51,779 nucleotides of DNA from Penicillus capitatus (lineage: Eukaryota > Plantae > Chlorophyta). Shown piece after piece: positions 48,622 to 51,779 of this stretch (position 1 is the stretch's first letter; each line of letters opens with the position of its first letter). A program made the position numbers and the translations under genes. The stretch covers positions 1 through 51,779 of the forward strand of contig OZ287720.1 in assembly GCA_965649825.1 (NCBI GenBank). Reading direction: 5' to 3'. Under the pieces are notes generated by a model that was given only the letters and a program-made list of their open reading frames with translations, did no database searches and had not been told where the DNA came from.

Positions 48622-49539
48622 ATGAAACCCAACCCACGCTCTGCACCACTCAACCCGCTTCGCACTTTTGCGATTGCTGCCCGACATAGTACTTTCACTG
48701 CCGCTGCGCAGGAAATGAACATTAGCCAGGTTGGGGTGAGTCGGCAGATTGCGATTTTGGAAGACTACCTCGGCGTGAAACTGTTCGAAAGGAGAACGAG
48801 TTCTGCGAAGCTCACTGAGGTGGGAAGAGCTTTTGGCGCCCAAATATCTCCGCTCTTTGACAAGATCGAAATCCTTACCCAGGACCTGAGAGGACTGGCG
48901 AAGGAGACGATGATCAACATTCGTTCCTACCCCACCTTTATCAATTACTGGCTAGTTCCCCGGATTTCCGGTTTTAGTGAGAAACACCCGGACTTTGACA
49001 TCAGTTTCGACGTCAAGATCGAACGGTTGGATTTTAGCAAAGCTCATCTCGATTTCGCGATCCAACTTGGAAATGGCAAGTGGAGAGACTGCGACGCAAG
49101 GGTTCTGTTCCCTGAAGAGGTCGACCTTATATGCAGCCCTGATTATTTAGAGCGAATTGGGGGAGTGAGCACCGCGAAAGACATCAACAAAGCCACACTG
49201 CTCTACCCCTATTACAGACAGAGAATGCTGTTTGAGAAATGGGCCAAGATCAACGGAGTTGAAGACCTCAACCCGCAACACGGTTTCCACTGTAAAGAAT
49301 CGACGACCGCGTATGAAGCAGCCTTCAATGGCGTGGGCATGTGTATGGCCCAGCTTGTATTTGTTGAGCAGGCGCTCAAAGACGGCAGGCTTGTTCGACC
49401 TATCCCTACGAAAATTGATACGAACGCTCAGTTCTGGATCGTGTGGCCAAACAATCGCTCCATTAGTCTGAAAGCGAAACGCGCTATCGATTGGATTCTT
49501 GAAACGTCTGGACAGCCCAAGCAGTTTTTCAAAGATTAG
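48622..49539 (+). CDS. LysR-family transcriptional regulator, GcvA/AmpR-like
   Basis: PLNPLRTFAIAARHSTFTAAAQEMNISQVGVSRQIAILEDYLGVKLFER HTH; WLVPRISGFSEKHPD; G.G.A; 305 aa. Confidence 0.95.
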   Translation: MKPNPRSAPLNPLRTFAIAARHSTFTAAAQEMNISQVGVSRQIAILEDYLGVKLFERRTSSAKLTEVGRAFGAQISPLFDKIEILTQDLRGLAKETMINIRSYPTFINYWLVPRISGFSEKHPDFDISFDVKIERLDFSKAHLDFAIQLGNGKWRDCDARVLFPEEVDLICSPDYLERIGGVSTAKDINKATLLYPYYRQRMLFEKWAKINGVEDLNPQHGFHCKESTTAYEAAFNGVGMCMAQLVFVEQALKDGRLVRPIPTKIDTNAQFWIVWPNNRSISLKAKRAIDWILETSGQPKQFFKD

Positions 49540-49780
49540 GGCGCTGTGAAAAAAAACGACCTGTATCTCCACGCGGTGTGCGGAGCTACCCTGCCCGGCA
49601 TACAACCATCAATCGTTCGCGACTTCAAAACGCCCGCCCCGGACCGATCAGGAGACGCCCGGATTGCAACGCTTCTCCTTGACGTTCATTTGCCGGAATT
49701 CATTTCGCAATTGCCCAACAACTAAATGACAATGCAACGCACTTGCCGAGTGTTGGATTGAACGCTATTCGCTGGCTGCG

Positions 49781-50200
49781 ATGATACAACGGGGCTCCAT
49801 AACACAGTTTAGACGACACAAAGTCCTGCTCGCGATCACCCTTATGGTGGTCGCGATGCGTGCGTTGGTGCCGGCGGGTTGGATGTTTACGCCGTCCGAG
49901 CATGATGGCGGTCTACATCTGGAGATATGTGGCGGCCATTGGGAAGACTGGGATCCTTCATACAGCGTCTTTGAAACAAATGAAGACGACCAACAGGACC
50001 CGCTGAACAATGAAGGCGAGCAATCATTCAGCTGCCCATATGCGCTGACGAGCCTTTCCATCTCTACGGAGATGACCACCGAATCTGATGCACGTCTTGC
50101 TTTAACCGGAAAACCGACCCGGCCATATGTGCGCGGGCCGCCGGTGGATCGCCGAAACCAACCCGTCCTACCCGCACGAGGCCCCCCGCTCTTTCTCTGA
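49781..50200 (+). CDS. DUF2946-family (CruR-like) small protein / putative regulatory upstream ORF
   Basis: N-terminal hydrophobic helix with RALVPAGWM, LEICGGH, central CPYA, C-terminal PARGPP; lies directly upstream of a TonB-dependent receptor. Confidence 0.78.
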   Translation: MIQRGSITQFRRHKVLLAITLMVVAMRALVPAGWMFTPSEHDGGLHLEICGGHWEDWDPSYSVFETNEDDQQDPLNNEGEQSFSCPYALTSLSISTEMTTESDARLALTGKPTRPYVRGPPVDRRNQPVLPARGPPLFL

Positions 50201-50263
50201 CACATCCACCATTCAATTGTCAGCGAGCGTCGAAACACGCTCATTTGAAGAGTATCAGAAGAA

Positions 50264-51779
50264 ATGAAACTGAGTTTTTCAGGCTCCAGCGCGAGCCTTG
50301 TCGCCTTGGCCTGCGCCCTGGGTGCGCCAGGTGTCGTCTGTGCGGATGAAGCCGAACGGGTTGAAGACACGATTGTCGTCACCGGCCAAAAACTGCAGGA
50401 AAGAGACCTGCAGACATTGTCGACACCAGCTCTGGGAGTCGGCGTTAGTGCGGATCAGATAGATGCGATCAACGCGTTGAACGTGGAGGATTCGCTTCGA
50501 TATGCACCGAACATGATTGTTCGCAAACGCTTTATCGGTGACGCAAATGCTACTCTGATCCTAAGGGGTGGACATTCTCAACAAACACCTTGGGCGCTTG
50601 TTCAGGTGGATGGTTTTACGATCTCCAACTTCCTGGGCGCCAGTTGGGATACGGCCCCCAAATGGGCGCTCACTGCTCCTGGCGATGTCGAACGCGTCGA
50701 AGTTGTCTATGGCCCGACATCCGCACGTTACTCCGGCAACACCATTGGCGGCGCTCTTCTTCTCGAAACGCGGGAGATTGAGGAAAACCGAGCTTTCATG
50801 AGCGCTCAGCTGATCGAGGGCGAATATGATTACTACCAAACCGACCACGCTCTGGATGGATGGGCTGTTGATGGCGGTTTTGACGCCCGATTGAACGACC
50901 GCGCCGCAGTCTCTTTTAGTTATCGTCACTTCCAAAATGAAGGCCAGCCGCAAATGTGGCGGACGATTTCCGGCAGCTCGGAATATGCCGATCAGGCGGT
51001 GAGAGACAATACACTGGGTTTTCTGCGAATTGCCGCAGAAGACAGCGTGGTTGCGACTGAAGAAGACCAGTTCCGAATGCGCGGCGAATATGATTTCGGC
51101 GGTAACTGGGAAGGACGCGCCCTCATCGGTGTGCTCAAAGACACAAACAACTACCTCAACCCTCAAACCTTTATCGTCGACGCTGAAGGTGAACCGACGT
51201 TTCAGGACATATCCGGCGTCTCTGCGCGTAGTAGTGAAACAATCGAACGCTTGATAGGACTTGGCCTGCGCGGTGAAGCGGCTGGATGGAAGCTCGATTT
51301 CGCTCTTAGCCGCTTTGACGTTCTTAAGGGACAAAGCTCGCGTTCCGACAATTTTAGTCAAGCCAGCAATTGGCTGACGCCGCTTGATGGAACAATCACC
51401 TTCACAGACGGCACGGCCTGGACAACATTAGACGCCAGCGCGGAGCAGAGCTTTGGAACGCATTCCATTGCTACCGGGCTGTCTTATCAGGACTATCGGT
51501 TCAAGAGCCGCCGTCATGACAGCGCTGACTGGCATGCGGGCCGGATTGGTGAACTGCTGGACGGCTCTGGAGGAAACACACAGCTTCTGGGCGTGTTTGT
51601 CGAAGACTCAATCGCCTTCACCGACAAATGGATCGCGACTTTGGGACTGCGCACAGAAACCTGGGAAGCTTCCGATGGGTTGCTCATCAACGGGTCGCAG
51701 CTTGTCGCATACCAGGATCGCACGGAAAACGCCCTATCTCCTAAAGCCGCACTGTCTTTTGCACCCGATGGGAATTGGG
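50264..51779 (+). CDS. TonB-dependent receptor (partial, runs off the window; absent from the ORF track)
   Basis: Manual translation MKLSFSGSSASLVALACALGAPGVVCADEAERVEDTIVVTGQK...EDSLRYAPNMIVRKRFIGD...VERVEVVYGPTSARYSGNTIGG. Confidence 0.9.
   Translation, partial: MKLSFSGSSASLVALACALGAPGVVCADEAERVEDTIVVTGQKLQERDLQTLSTPALGVGVSADQIDAINALNVEDSLRYAPNMIVRKRFIGDANATLILRGGHSQQTPWALVQVDGFTISNFLGASWDTAPKWALTAPGDVERVEVVYGPTSARYSGNTIGGALLLETREIEENRAFMSAQLIEGEYDYYQTDHALDGWAVDGGFDARLNDRAAVSFSYRHFQNEGQPQMWRTISGSSEYADQAVRDNTLGFLRIAAEDSVVATEEDQFRMRGEYDFGGNWEGRALIGVLKDTNNYLNPQTFIVDAEGEPTFQDISGVSARSSETIERLIGLGLRGEAAGWKLDFALSRFDVLKGQSSRSDNFSQASNWLTPLDGTITFTDGTAWTTLDASAEQSFGTHSIATGLSYQDYRFKSRRHDSADWHAGRIGELLDGSGGNTQLLGVFVEDSIAFTDKWIATLGLRTETWEASDGLLINGSQLVAYQDRTENALSPKAALSFAPDGNW

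Noticed and set aside
48330-48843. Short minus-strand ORFs in and near the bacterial intergenic region
   Set aside because: No motif or RBS support; one overlaps the LysR gene antisense.
46097-51779. Domesticated horizontally transferred bacterial island
   Set aside because: No introns, no decay, intact prokaryotic signals and outer-membrane functions, with reciprocal gene truncation at the border. Contamination or misassembly is more parsimonious pending read evidence.

Overview
This window has two parts of different origin. Bases 1 to ~46,095 are eukaryotic: a compact, gene-dense genome with many ~45-60 nt spliceosomal introns and the standard genetic code. The gene set (CtpA, acyl-ACP thioesterase, L-galactose dehydrogenase, plant-type cytosolic pyruvate kinase) points to a green alga; the exact lineage cannot be fixed from sequence alone. 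This part holds housekeeping genes (VPS25, PP2C, NOP53, COG1, eIF5, LCB1, nucleolin-like, eIF3g, a subtilase, a Patched/NPC1-like fragment) and an island of decayed Ty3/gypsy and LINE retroelements. Three accessory features stand out: (i) a ~2,350-aa NLR-like NACHT protein with about 26 C-terminal 37-aa HEAT-like repeats showing recent block duplication; (ii) two paralogous bZIP genes in inverted orientation that share a near-identical ~415-bp promoter plus first-exon segment around PK and LCB1; (iii) a kinase with two degenerate LOV-like PAS domains fused to a SNF1/CAMK-type kinase domain. At ~46,088-46,097 that kinase is cut mid-domain and joined to intron-free bacterial DNA (probably alphaproteobacterial). 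That segment carries a 3'-truncated TonB-dependent receptor, a GcvA-like LysR regulator, a DUF2946/CruR-like leader ORF ending in RGPP, and a second TonB-dependent receptor running off the window. The join is most simply a chimeric assembly. Exon boundaries and family assignments were made by eye, without database searches.
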